The position numbers and the translations under genes were made by a program. The notes beneath the pieces were generated by a model. It saw nothing but the letters and a program-made list of their open reading frames with translations, did no database searches and had not been told where the DNA came from. A DNA stretch of 64,000 nt from an uncultured archaeon. Its GTDB lineage: Archaea; Asgardarchaeota; Thorarchaeia; Thorarchaeales; Thorarchaeaceae. This document shows, piece by piece, positions 50,602-60,662 of the stretch; within the stretch, counting starts at the first letter, position 1, and the number at the start of each line of letters is the position of its first letter. Where the stretch lies: positions 128,001-192,000 of the forward strand of contig CAZLEV010000005.1 in assembly GCA_964558645.1 (NCBI GenBank). Direction: 5' to 3'.

Positions 50602-50955
50602 TCACTGCACCTCTAGTGCGTCCCGGATTCCGTCGAGAGTTGGTATCTCTCCGCTGTAGAGCATCTGGAGGGATCCGTTGTTCTCAACTATTATACTGGG
50701 GGTTGAAGCAATGAAGACCTGTTCCTCGAGCAGTCTGAACTCGAAGTCAGAATCCATCTCTGCGAGGTCAATCTCCGTTATCTGCACACCGGTTCCATCC
50801 AAGGCCTCATACACAACCTGTTTTGCGGCGGGGCAATTCACACAGTTCTGTTGTGTGACAAGGTATAGAGTCGGTGGCATGTTTTTCCTCCCGGCGACTG
50901 TCTCAGCACCCTCTCCCAGTTGAGGGGACATTGAGGCCTTTGCCGCCAGTGGCAT
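50602..50955 (-). CDS. NrdH/thioredoxin-like redoxin in nrdD operon
   Basis: CVNCP, STPSIIV; stop 3 nt before nrdD start; start codon uncertain. Confidence 0.8.
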   Translation of the reverse strand: MPLAAKASMSPQLGEGAETVAGRKNMPPTLYLVTQQNCVNCPAAKQVVYEALDGTGVQITEIDLAEMDSDFEFRLLEEQVFIASTPSIIVENNGSLQMLYSGEIPTLDGIRDALEVQ

Positions 50956-51281
50956 AAAAGGATTTACCTCCACTGAGAGATTCTCTGGATGGGACAGACG
51001 GCCTCGAGAGCGGGATTCATTCGGGGGGCGCTTGGACACACCCCTATTTCCTTTGACCGACTATTAAGGTCGTACATATTGTCAACTTGACCTTGAATAG
51101 AGGGCTCACAGACTGCACCTCCGAGCATCCCATCGGACCGAAGTTGAACGAGCAGGTCATGATTCTCCAACTCGGAACCGCGCCAAAGAGTGAACCATAG
51201 TTAAACGAGGGAAGAGTGATAAGACGATATTCTCGTTCAATGGTCCAAGAAACCTCAACGCATTGACAGGGAGCAGAAGCA

Positions 51282-51905
51282 ATGGCCACCTATCTCAGAG
51301 CACGGACACCAGTGGACGGATGGAAGAGAGTCATCCGGAAGATTATGGGCTTCGGCATGACAAGAACAGACGAACGCGGAATGAGGACGAGATGGCTTGA
51401 CAATGTCATGGTGCATATTGTCGAACCCTACAAGGACAGAGTCACTGACTTGTATCCCTTCAGTGAGAAGGTTCTCAAGGAGAAATACGCCACCCAACTG
51501 CTGAGTCCCGATCGTCTGGATTTTGAGTATACGTATGGTGAACGACTCAACGCTTGGGGTGACGAGGAGATAGACCAGATCGAATACGTTGTACGCAAGC
51601 TGAAGGAGAACTTTCATAGCCGAAGGGCGGTGGCCACAACCTGGGACCCACGAGTCGACTCAAATCATGACGAAGTCCCATGTCTGAACCATTTTGTGTT
51701 CATGGAGCGGGATGGGCTCCTAGACCTTTCAGTGATGATCAGATCCAACGATATGTATGGGGCATGGCCTGCCAATGTGTATGCCATAGGCGAGCTTCTC
51801 AGAGATGTCGGAGGAAAGACAGGTCTCAGACCCGGGCATCTCACAACGGTATCTGTAAATGCGCACATCTACGAACATGACTGGAGCAGAGCTGCGCAGC
51901 TCTAA
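51282..51905 (+). CDS. thyA: Thymidylate synthase (archaeal short type)
   Basis: YTYGERL, SRRA..TWDP, VPCL, RSND...AWPAN, AHIYE. Confidence 0.92.
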   Translation: MATYLRARTPVDGWKRVIRKIMGFGMTRTDERGMRTRWLDNVMVHIVEPYKDRVTDLYPFSEKVLKEKYATQLLSPDRLDFEYTYGERLNAWGDEEIDQIEYVVRKLKENFHSRRAVATTWDPRVDSNHDEVPCLNHFVFMERDGLLDLSVMIRSNDMYGAWPANVYAIGELLRDVGGKTGLRPGHLTTVSVNAHIYEHDWSRAAQL

Positions 51906-51999
51906 CCAAACATAAGGCGTGCTATTCATATAGTGCTTTAACTAACCTGTCACAAAAGGTTACCATATGTAATCTGGAAAACACCCACTCTGTGGGGGG

Positions 52000-52623
52000 T
52001 TGGCTCAGGTGGACAACATAGACAAAGAAATCATTTCGATTCTGTACAGAGATGGTCGAACTACGCTATCAGACATGGGCGACCAGCTGGGCATGTCACA
52101 TGTGGCTGTGAGCAAGAGATTGGACAGTCTCGTGAAAGAGGGGCTACTGCAGGTCACAGCCGCCGTGAGTGCCGAGAGGATGGACATGAAGATGCTGTTC
52201 ATGGGAATCGAGACCGAAAACATGGATGTAGCGGATAGGATAACCGAGAAGTACGAGGACTGTCCACGTCTTCTGATGCTTGCGCCGGTGACAGGGCGAT
52301 ACAACTTGTTTGCGGTGATGCTTGCAGAAGATACATGGAGCCTTGAGTCAATCATCGGAACCTGTAGCATGCGGACGGAACCAGGGGTGAGAAGATCTGA
52401 GACTTGGTTCGGAAACGCGCCGCTCGTCCCCGAGTATCTGCCGGTAGACCTCGCGCCGGAAAGAGAAGACAGCACTATCTCGCCCTGTGGAAGAAACTGT
52501 CTGAAGTGCCGCCGATATGAGAACGAGAAGTGTATAGGCTGCCCACCAACAGACTCCTACAAAGGCCTGCTCTGGGTCTCTCCGAAGACAAAACCGAAGC
52601 GGTCACGAAAAGGCAAGAGTTAA
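52000..52623 (+). CDS. Lrp/AsnC family regulator with C-terminal Cys cluster
   Basis: D.IDK.I..L.RDGR HTH; VTGRYNL; CGRNCLKC...CIGC. Confidence 0.85.
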   Translation: MAQVDNIDKEIISILYRDGRTTLSDMGDQLGMSHVAVSKRLDSLVKEGLLQVTAAVSAERMDMKMLFMGIETENMDVADRITEKYEDCPRLLMLAPVTGRYNLFAVMLAEDTWSLESIIGTCSMRTEPGVRRSETWFGNAPLVPEYLPVDLAPEREDSTISPCGRNCLKCRRYENEKCIGCPPTDSYKGLLWVSPKTKPKRSRKGKS

Positions 52624-52658
52624 TTTCTGTCACTGCCCGCCACACCCATGTGAACGAG

Positions 52659-53249
52659 ATGAGTGGTCCATTCATACATGACTTGGCTGTTGTAGACGAA
52701 GGAGCTCAGATCGGCAACGGGACACGTGTTTGGCATTTCGCGCATGTCAGAGGGTCCGCAAGAATCGGCAGGGATTGCATCATTGGAAAGGATGTCTATG
52801 TGGACGCAGATGTGGTCATCGGCGACCGGGTGAAGATTCAGAATGGGGTCTCCGTGTACCATGGAGTAACAATTGAAGATGATGTGTTCTGTGGACCACA
52901 CATGACCTTTACCAATGATATGTATCCCCGAGCCTTCAGTGAGACTTGGAGCGTCGTAAAGACTCTTGTGAAGAGAGGTGCCTCAATTGGAGCCCACGCA
53001 ACAATTGTCTGCGACACGACCTTGGGAGAATACTGCATGGTAGGAAGCGGCGCCGTGGTGACAAGAGACGTGCCAGATCACGGACTGGTCATTGGCAATC
53101 CAGCACGTCTAATAGGATTCGTGTGTACCTGTGGTCAACCTCTGAAGAAGGAAATCGAGCGGGATGACAAGACAGTAACGTTCGAATGCGGTGGATGCGG
53201 AGAAACAATCATCATCCCTAGGGAAGACTTCAAGCATAAGGTAAGGTAA
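52659..53249 (+). CDS. Hexapeptide-repeat N-acetyltransferase (WbpD/WlbB-like)
   Basis: IG.GTRVWHF, VKIQN.VSVY, FTND..PRA, GNPAR.IG.VC.CG. Confidence 0.9.
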   Translation: MSGPFIHDLAVVDEGAQIGNGTRVWHFAHVRGSARIGRDCIIGKDVYVDADVVIGDRVKIQNGVSVYHGVTIEDDVFCGPHMTFTNDMYPRAFSETWSVVKTLVKRGASIGAHATIVCDTTLGEYCMVGSGAVVTRDVPDHGLVIGNPARLIGFVCTCGQPLKKEIERDDKTVTFECGGCGETIIIPREDFKHKVR

Positions 53250-53255
53250 TAGCCC

Positions 53256-55337
53256 GTGTCACATGTTTACAAGAGATTCGTCCAAGAGAAGATAGCAGGT
53301 CTAATCGGCAATACGGAGAACATCAGAAACTGCACAGTCATTGCTCACATTGATCACGGTAAGACAACTCTCACTGATTCCTTGATTGCGGCATCGGGAC
53401 TCCTATCAGATCGCGTGGCTGCCAGAGCCAGGCTTCTTGACTACGACATGATAGAACAAGAGAGAGGCATCACTATCAAGGCATCTGGCATCTCGCTTCT
53501 TCACAAGCGAGGGGAGAGGAAACATCTCATCCACCTTATTGACACCCCGGGCCACATAGACTTCTCCAGTCATGTCACCAGAGGGCTCCGGCTTACTGAT
53601 GGAGCCATTGTTGTCGTGGATGTTATCGAAGGTATCATGGTGCAGACTGAAACGGTGACGCGTCAGGCCATGCAGGAACTGGTCAGACCCCTGCTCTTCA
53701 TCAACAAGATCGATAGACTGGTCAATGAGAAGAAACTTGATGCAAAGAAGATTGCATCTGAGATCAGCAAGGTGACACGCGAGTTCAATGGAATGCTCGG
53801 GAAGTATCTTGACGACGAGTGGCTGGAAGAATGGGAGGTATCATTCAACAAGAACTCTCTTGTAATCGGTTCAGCCCTCGACAAATGGGGAATTTCGCTC
53901 TCTACACTTCTCACTAAGACAGATGGAAGCAAGAACGAGACCCGTCTTGCGGAGGCCTTTCTTCACGTACTCAGCGAAGTCGTTGATTGCTACAAGAACA
54001 ACGACGAGGAGTCCCTCCACGATAAGTACCCTGTAGCCCCGGTGCTTCTTGATTCTCTTGTTGAGGTCATTCCAAACCCACCATCAGCTCAAAGGTACCG
54101 GATGGAGAGAATCTGGGAGGGGGACGTCGGTTCAGAAGCCGCAAGACCTTTTGTCGAGTGTGACCCGAAGGGCCCAACCGTGATTCTCGTGGGCAATGTT
54201 GAACCCGACCGACACGCCGGGACTGTTGCATCTGTACGCATATTCTCGGGTCAGCTTGAGAGAGCTGCACCCCTTAGAAACCTCAGATCAGATACGGTGA
54301 GCAAATCACTCCAGATTGGAATCTCAATGGTGAAGTCAAGAGTAGCCCTGCCATCGATTCCAGCTGGCAATCTTGCCTTTGTCACGGGAATGAGAAACAT
54401 CGCAATTGGAGATACGTTGGTGACGAGCGATACGGACATGGACACCCCCATGAAGGGGCTTCAATATCCAACAGAGCCAGTCGTTACCTACACCGTTGAA
54501 CCACAACTACTAAGAGAGCTTGCTGAGGTTCAGGAGGAAATCGCAGAATTCGCTGAGGCCGATCCCGCATTGGACTTCTATGTGAATCCCGAGACTGGAG
54601 AGATGTTGCTCTCTGGTGCTGGAGAACTTCACATCGAGATTACGGTGGAGAAGCTCGCAAGACAGGGAATACGAGTCAGGCTTGGAGAGCCAATAGTACT
54701 GCTGAAGGAACAGATGGCCAAGGACGGGGCGAGCAGCTCAGCAGGAACTGAGGAAGCAAGCAGCTTCACTGTCCGTGCAGTAATCACTCGCGAGGACGAG
54801 TCAGTGAGAGAGCTTGGTACGGTGATTGCATCGCACCTGTCCTCCTCATGCTATTTGATTGACCAGACTGGGAAGGTCGGGCCATACGATGACGAGACTG
54901 AATGGATACGAGAGGCATTTAATGCTGTAAGGAGAAGTGGGCCAGTTGCAGGAGAGCGTATGCGGAAAGTCACGCTGTTGATAGAGAAGGCAAGCATCAA
55001 GATGGAGTCACCCGAAACCTCTTGGAGAGACATAACTCAACCGCTCGTCAAGGCCTCTCGTCAGAGCATCAAGTCTGGCGAACCCAGAGTACTCGAACCT
55101 TGGATTCGCCTTGAAATCAGTGCACCGGAAGACTACGTGGGCGCCACAACCTCTATTCTTGCGAGAAGAAAGGGAAACATCATTGCAATCGATTCCGAGA
55201 AGATGCTGTACCATATCGAGGCAGAGATTCCTGTTCGCGAGTCCTTTGGTCTGGCCAACGAACTCCGAACATCGACGTCAGGTTGGGTCACGTGGGGAGC
55301 AAGACCCGGCGAATACAGAGAGATGCGATCTCCATAG
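53256..55337 (+). CDS. Elongation factor 2 paralogue (aEF-2p-like)
   Basis: AHIDHGKTT, RGITIK, DTPGHIDF, NKID, GELH; domain IV lacks the diphthamide HRG loop. Confidence 0.85.
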   Translation: MSHVYKRFVQEKIAGLIGNTENIRNCTVIAHIDHGKTTLTDSLIAASGLLSDRVAARARLLDYDMIEQERGITIKASGISLLHKRGERKHLIHLIDTPGHIDFSSHVTRGLRLTDGAIVVVDVIEGIMVQTETVTRQAMQELVRPLLFINKIDRLVNEKKLDAKKIASEISKVTREFNGMLGKYLDDEWLEEWEVSFNKNSLVIGSALDKWGISLSTLLTKTDGSKNETRLAEAFLHVLSEVVDCYKNNDEESLHDKYPVAPVLLDSLVEVIPNPPSAQRYRMERIWEGDVGSEAARPFVECDPKGPTVILVGNVEPDRHAGTVASVRIFSGQLERAAPLRNLRSDTVSKSLQIGISMVKSRVALPSIPAGNLAFVTGMRNIAIGDTLVTSDTDMDTPMKGLQYPTEPVVTYTVEPQLLRELAEVQEEIAEFAEADPALDFYVNPETGEMLLSGAGELHIEITVEKLARQGIRVRLGEPIVLLKEQMAKDGASSSAGTEEASSFTVRAVITREDESVRELGTVIASHLSSSCYLIDQTGKVGPYDDETEWIREAFNAVRRSGPVAGERMRKVTLLIEKASIKMESPETSWRDITQPLVKASRQSIKSGEPRVLEPWIRLEISAPEDYVGATTSILARRKGNIIAIDSEKMLYHIEAEIPVRESFGLANELRTSTSGWVTWGARPGEYREMRSP

Positions 55338-55339
55338 TT

Positions 55340-57628
55340 CTAGCGTCGAATGTAGAACCGACGACTCATCTCTTCACCGAGAAAAGCAAGCACGCGTCGA
55401 TCTACCATGGCAACATCATCCATCATCTTCAGAGCACGCGCCATATTGGAGAAGATGGCATTGAGATACGGTTGAGACCTCAGAGTCTCTGATTGATCAA
55501 CCATCTGCAGATAGGCCTCTGTTATCTTGATCAGACCCAGCCAGTCATCTGATAGTATGAAACTGAAGTGCGTATCTGAGAAGCGCTCGGCCAACCTTGG
55601 CTGCTGGGTGCGGTCAATTTTCGCGCTGTACCGGTTCTCCAGAACTAGAGCGAACTGAAAGAGGACACTTGAGAGGGACAATGCAGTCGCCTTGATGAAC
55701 TCCAAGGACTCGTCAAATGAAGAAACACTGGCCTCAACCTCCTGAAGCTTGACAGCTGAGTCATACAGACCAGAAGCAAGTTCTGAATAGTCTCTGTTCC
55801 GATAGAACAAATGAAGCGTCTTAGCCAAGCCCGTCTGGCCCCTCCAGTATTGAGCAAGAAGGGGGTCAGTGTTCTGCACGCTCTGTGTCACAGGGTCCGT
55901 GACCTCACCTGTCATCTCAAGCTTCACAGCATCGAGATTCAGCTTCGAAATAGCAAGAGCCTGCATCAGAGGGACAACATCCATGATTCCATTGTCCTGA
56001 CTAGCAAGAGACCTACAACGATTTCGAAGAGTCAGCCATGAATTGTTCATGAATGGTACGACAAGCGCTACGCCATCGATGAATACATCATCATTCGTTG
56101 CTCGAGCATCGGACAACATCCTATCGATGTCATCGAGAAGTCTCAGGAAACGATGCGGCATGGAGCCTCCGTGTCGAAGAGTCAACCAGACAGTGTTGTA
56201 TGTCGCTATTGCAACTTCTGTGAATGCACGGGTGTCAGTTGGAAACAAAGGCGTGTATTGGACTAGTAGACTTCGAATAGGCGCGTAATCATCTCCAATG
56301 GGAGTCTCAAGCTTACGAAGCCTTGACAATTCTAGACCGATCTGGCTTCCGAGCAGCACCAGTTCCGATATCTTTCCGTCGCCGAGGAGTTTCTTTCTCA
56401 TATCAACTGCACGTTCGAAGGCCTCAATGCCCGTGTCCCATAACTCATTGGACTCACACCCAAGACATAGCCAGCCTATCGAGTGCTCACAGACCGACAG
56501 CTCAACTTCTGCATCCTCGATTTGCTCAAGGATAGAACGGGCGCGGGAGAGATACTCTAGAGAGAGGGTGATGTTTCGATGGTCGCTCTGAAGACCGTGT
56601 GCGAATCCAAGGGCTGCAAGGCATCTGTAAAGGTGCATGTTCTGCTCCTGGGTAAGACCTTCCATGTCCTCATAGATGCTCAGGCACTCCTCCAGTCGCT
56701 CAATGGCTTCAGGAACTCCTTCAAACCACCCGTTTGCTAGGATGTTCGACCCAATCAGGAGATAGGCGAAACCGAGGTCATCTTTCGAAGCAAGTTCAAT
56801 ATTCACCGCTTCTCGGAACAGAGAAGTCGCTGTATCAGCTAGTGCTCTGGCGGTCTTGTGATGAACTGCGTCATCACGGGTCTCGTTGATGGCCAACTGG
56901 AGGGTCACATCCGCCAATTTGATGCTGTCATGCTCCTTCTTAGCAACGTCGGCAAGATTGTGCAAGATGGTACGCGACTGCTGGTACATTCCCAGCTCCG
57001 TCAGAACGGCAGCTTCATCCAGAGATACATCGAAATGTGTCGCCTCCATGTCCATGTCTTGAGAGAAACCAATCAGGCGGTTCAGCAGGACATCAGCACA
57101 GTCAAACATACCTTCACGAAGAAGCATGTGAATGGCATAGTGAGACTCATGGATAGCCAGTCTGGTAGACGCTTCATGACCACGTGCGAAGAGGGCCTCA
57201 AGGGTCAGCAAAGCTTCATCGGTGAGAAAGGGCAATAGGGGGCGCAGGTTGAGACTCATGGCCATGTACATGGACTGGGTGAGGTCACCCAGAATATCCA
57301 GTAAGACTGGGATTGCATGCACATCCGGGAGTAGCTCGCTCTCTTCTCGTCTATGTGCCGTTGTAAACCTAGTATCTAGTAGCTGAAGCATCTGAGGAAG
57401 GGTTCGGTCCTGCCTGAACGAAAGACGCACCGACAGTTCGGTGAGCTTTGCGCTGGCAATACCCGGCCTTCGAAGGAGGATCTCCTCAACTGCCCGGGCA
57501 ATCTCGAACGCAAGATCGACATCGTCTTCTCTCCGTCTTGATATGTTCTGAATCGCTGACAACCCGTCATCAAGAGACATGGCTCCACAGAGGATGTCTC
57601 TCAGTGTGACGATTGCCATTGATTCCAA
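55340..57628 (-). CDS. Large alpha-helical (TPR-like) hypothetical protein
   Basis: 762-aa helical ORF with A/L-rich TPR-like periodicity. Confidence 0.7.
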   Translation of the reverse strand: MESMAIVTLRDILCGAMSLDDGLSAIQNISRRREDDVDLAFEIARAVEEILLRRPGIASAKLTELSVRLSFRQDRTLPQMLQLLDTRFTTAHRREESELLPDVHAIPVLLDILGDLTQSMYMAMSLNLRPLLPFLTDEALLTLEALFARGHEASTRLAIHESHYAIHMLLREGMFDCADVLLNRLIGFSQDMDMEATHFDVSLDEAAVLTELGMYQQSRTILHNLADVAKKEHDSIKLADVTLQLAINETRDDAVHHKTARALADTATSLFREAVNIELASKDDLGFAYLLIGSNILANGWFEGVPEAIERLEECLSIYEDMEGLTQEQNMHLYRCLAALGFAHGLQSDHRNITLSLEYLSRARSILEQIEDAEVELSVCEHSIGWLCLGCESNELWDTGIEAFERAVDMRKKLLGDGKISELVLLGSQIGLELSRLRKLETPIGDDYAPIRSLLVQYTPLFPTDTRAFTEVAIATYNTVWLTLRHGGSMPHRFLRLLDDIDRMLSDARATNDDVFIDGVALVVPFMNNSWLTLRNRCRSLASQDNGIMDVVPLMQALAISKLNLDAVKLEMTGEVTDPVTQSVQNTDPLLAQYWRGQTGLAKTLHLFYRNRDYSELASGLYDSAVKLQEVEASVSSFDESLEFIKATALSLSSVLFQFALVLENRYSAKIDRTQQPRLAERFSDTHFSFILSDDWLGLIKITEAYLQMVDQSETLRSQPYLNAIFSNMARALKMMDDVAMVDRRVLAFLGEEMSRRFYIRR

Positions 57629-57685
57629 TATTCTTATCCCTCGACTAGGTCGAACTCGATGTGTTCCATGTTAAAAGCCTTCACG

Positions 57686-58393
57686 CTACTCAATCAAGAA
57701 CTCATTCCACGAACGTGAGGTCTCTGTCCCCCGCATTCGCTCCATCCTCACGTAATGACTGGGTCCTGAATCGGAATCTTCAATTCTGAATCGTAGGACA
57801 GCATCAGCGATGTATGAAAACGTCGCATAGGTCTTGTCATCGTGAACACCCTCCTCGAGAATGTACATGATACTGTGTGAGCCCTGTTTGAGTCGTCCGC
57901 TCAGACGTTGAACCGCACGGGGCATCTTGGCAGGATTGGAATGAAGGATAAGTGTCGAGAGGCTATCGATGACAACTCGGGCAACAACAAGGTTCTCAAG
58001 CACTTCCGAGAGAACTATCCCCAACTCACTGATATCATCCACCTTTGCAAGAGAGTAAGAACTCTTACTCTGAGGAGCGCCCATGCGTTCAGAGTAACCA
58101 TCAATGAAGACGAATTGGCCGGATTCTTCGTAGTCCTCAATCGACCAACCATGACGACTCATGTCATTTCGAATGACCCTGGGAGAAACGTCGGTGGTAA
58201 CAAATACTGCTGGAAATCCAAGACGAAGTCCCTCTGCAAGATAGCCCTCAGCATAGGTTGTCTTACCCGAACCTATCGGCCCGAGAAGCATGATTGATAC
58301 TTGCGTCAGCTGGCCGAATTCCACCAGATCGCCAAGCATGGGAGTGACTTTGGCCGGTTCTGAACCAGATGTCTCCGAGACCTTATCGTTCAT
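57686..58393 (-). CDS. KaiC/RAD55-family ATPase (degenerate)
   Basis: GPIGSGKT, VVIDSLS, ERMRG; TTD instead of catalytic EE. Confidence 0.85.
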   Translation of the reverse strand: MNDKVSETSGSEPAKVTPMLGDLVEFGQLTQVSIMLLGPIGSGKTTYAEGYLAEGLRLGFPAVFVTTDVSPRVIRNDMSRHGWSIEDYEESGQFVFIDGYSERMGAPQSKSSYSLAKVDDISELGIVLSEVLENLVVARVVIDSLSTLILHSNPAKMPRAVQRLSGRLKQGSHSIMYILEEGVHDDKTYATFSYIADAVLRFRIEDSDSGPSHYVRMERMRGTETSRSWNEFLIE

Positions 58394-58411
58394 CTACAAT
58401 ACCTCTTCAGT

Positions 58412-59155
58412 CTAGCTGCCAGGACTGATCTCACCCGGCCATACTCTGATACCTTCATCAGTAATCCGCATAGAGTGAATGCGTGAGCTATGTTTCGAAC
58501 CCCTCAATTTCAGTACTTCTATCGATCGCGACCTTGATGTATCACTGATCTTCTCGTTGTAGAGCACTACTACGCCGGATGCCAGGAAGGCCTCTATGTC
58601 AAAGACACCAAGTCCCGTATCCCGGGCGGGTATCTCGCTGGTCAGGAGTAGGGTGGTGCCCTTCGCGGTTATGCTGGCACATAGTTTGAAGAATTCCTCT
58701 CGCAGAATGTCCCGGCTCTTGAACTTGTATGCCAGAATCGAGAGGGTGTCGATCACTACTCTCTTCGCATTGATTCGATCGATGTGGCTGTGGATTATCG
58801 CCTCCAGCCCTGAAAGGTCAAAGCTGGGATACTCATACAGGTTCTTCGGTTGAGGCCGTGCAGGAGACAGGTCAACAATGGCCATCTTCTCCTGTTTCAC
58901 CATCTTTTCCAGATCCATACCGAATCTCATCATGTTCCGCTTGATTGCACTGGGGGCCTCCTCTAGAGTTACCAGAACGCCAGGTTCGTCGTAGACGGCG
59001 GCGCCCTTGTAGATGAACTGATTGGCAAGAATGCTCTTGCCAGTGCCCGCCTTCCCTGCAACAAGTATCGTGTCACCCTTGGGAAATCCGCCCTCAATCA
59101 GGTCATCCAGACCAGGGATGCCTGTCTTAATCCGCTCAATTGTGTAGTCATTCAT
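58412..59155 (-). CDS. KaiC/RAD55-family ATPase
   Basis: TGIPGLDDLIEGG, GKAGTGKS, TLEE, RVVIDT, KLRGS.H. Confidence 0.92.
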   Translation of the reverse strand: MNDYTIERIKTGIPGLDDLIEGGFPKGDTILVAGKAGTGKSILANQFIYKGAAVYDEPGVLVTLEEAPSAIKRNMMRFGMDLEKMVKQEKMAIVDLSPARPQPKNLYEYPSFDLSGLEAIIHSHIDRINAKRVVIDTLSILAYKFKSRDILREEFFKLCASITAKGTTLLLTSEIPARDTGLGVFDIEAFLASGVVVLYNEKISDTSRSRSIEVLKLRGSKHSSRIHSMRITDEGIRVWPGEISPGS

Positions 59156-59484
59156 TAGTCAACACCTCTGCCATGTGAAAGACGAGACCCAAGTATCATC
59201 TTCAGGAGTGCCTCGGGTTCGGGTATGCCCGTGACAGCCACCCCTCCAATCATTATCGTAGGCAATGCAAAGACTCCGTATTCTTCTGCAACCTCGGGGT
59301 TCTCAGAGACATTGATTGTATTGACTCTGAACATGTCAGACTCGAACTCACCGATGGTCTCCAACAGAACTTCTTCAGCACGGGGACAGAAGGCACAGGT
59401 GTCAGACTTGAAGAAGACTATCTCTATCTGAGAGAAATCAGCGTCTTGTTCGACCGCTTCTTGACTCTCTCCATCTTCAACCAA
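59155..59484 (-). CDS. Thioredoxin-fold protein (CxxC; KaiB-like position)
   Basis: CAFCP, INVSENPEVAEEYGVFALPT; TAATG overlap with the KaiC gene. Confidence 0.85.
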   Translation of the reverse strand: MVEDGESQEAVEQDADFSQIEIVFFKSDTCAFCPRAEEVLLETIGEFESDMFRVNTINVSENPEVAEEYGVFALPTIMIGGVAVTGIPEPEALLKMILGSRLSHGRGVD

Positions 59485-59573
59485 TGAACCGTCTCCTGGA
59501 CCGCACCGAGGCTAAGGCGCATGAGGTAACAAATCACTTGAATGTTTCTCACACATCTCTCTGTTGTTGGAGG

Positions 59574-59951
59574 CTATTCCATGAGATGTCGAATCTTGGT
59601 GGCGGCCTTACCAACAGCCCGTGCATGGTATCTGATTCGCTTTGGCATGAGGGCTGCAAGAATGAACGGCTGACGTGTTCCTGTAACCTTCTTGAAGACT
59701 GCTTTTCCCTCAGAACAGCGAACAGTGATATCGCGGAGCTGTCCCAAGCTCAGTTCATCTCTCATCCGTTCAACAGTAGATGCAACATACCCCGACATAG
59801 CAGCGACCACCTCTCGATTTGTGGTAGGGCTTGCAGCAGAGGCCATGAGCAGGCCGTCTTCTCTAGCCAGTATGGACGCGCGAAATCCGCCCTCTCTGTT
59901 CATCTCTTCCAGGATATCTGCCAAGGCTCTGTAGTCAGGACGCTTATCCAT
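59574..59951 (-). CDS. Roadblock/LC7 domain protein
   Basis: ASILAREDGLLMAS...VAAM pattern, 125 aa. Confidence 0.88.
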   Translation of the reverse strand: MDKRPDYRALADILEEMNREGGFRASILAREDGLLMASAASPTTNREVVAAMSGYVASTVERMRDELSLGQLRDITVRCSEGKAVFKKVTGTRQPFILAALMPKRIRYHARAVGKAATKIRHLME

Positions 59952-60110
59952 GTCTCACACCCGGTCCTAGGACCGCATGCTCAGAATTGCGCATTGCTTA
60001 TTAAACTATGACCTGCTCTACTCTAAACCAGTAAGTATTCTCTCTGTTGAAGGATGTGTTCCGTCACAGTAGGATTTTAAGGCCGATTACTTATCAGAGA
60101 TTATAGGGAA

Positions 60111-60653
60111 GTGAATAGTGTGCCAGCCGAATACCGATTCAAGGTCGTCATGCTGGGAGATGGAGCAGTAGGCAAGACTGCGCTAACCACACGGTTCACT
60201 CAAGATCATTTTAGTGCTGATTACAAGCGTACGATTGGAAGCGATTTTGCTGTCAAGCGGTTGGTTCTACCTGAACAAGACAGTAATGTCACCCTTCAAG
60301 TCTGGGATCTTGCAGGTCAGCCCAGATTCGAAATCGTTCGACAGTCATTCTATCGCGGGGCAAGAGGTGCACTCCTTGTCTACGATGTCACCCGAAGGAG
60401 GACATTCCTCAATCTCGACCGCTGGCGAAAGGAAGCGTATGATAACACAGGCCGCGAGATTCCAGTAATTGTCGTCGCAAACAAAGTGGACCTTGAAGAC
60501 AGCAGAGTAGTGCAGCCCGAGATGGGCGAGCAGTATTCCGAGAGCATCGGCTCCATATACGTTGAGTCAAGCGCATTGACCGGGGAGAACGTTGAGAAGG
60601 CATTTGAGCAGCTATGCAAGGTCATGATTGACTCGAGTAGAAGCAGGTCCTGA
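60111..60653 (+). CDS. Rab-like small GTPase
   Basis: GDGAVGKT, YKRTIGSDF, WDLAGQ, FYRGA, NKVD, ESSA; no C-terminal Cys. Confidence 0.95.
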   Translation: MNSVPAEYRFKVVMLGDGAVGKTALTTRFTQDHFSADYKRTIGSDFAVKRLVLPEQDSNVTLQVWDLAGQPRFEIVRQSFYRGARGALLVYDVTRRRTFLNLDRWRKEAYDNTGREIPVIVVANKVDLEDSRVVQPEMGEQYSESIGSIYVESSALTGENVEKAFEQLCKVMIDSSRSRS

Positions 60654-60662
60654 AACGTACGA

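Noticed and set aside
50940-51060. Possible cobalamin riboswitch upstream of the nrdD operon (GCCACTG...AAGG on - strand)
   Set aside because: Other conserved elements were not found; an Infernal/Rfam search would be needed
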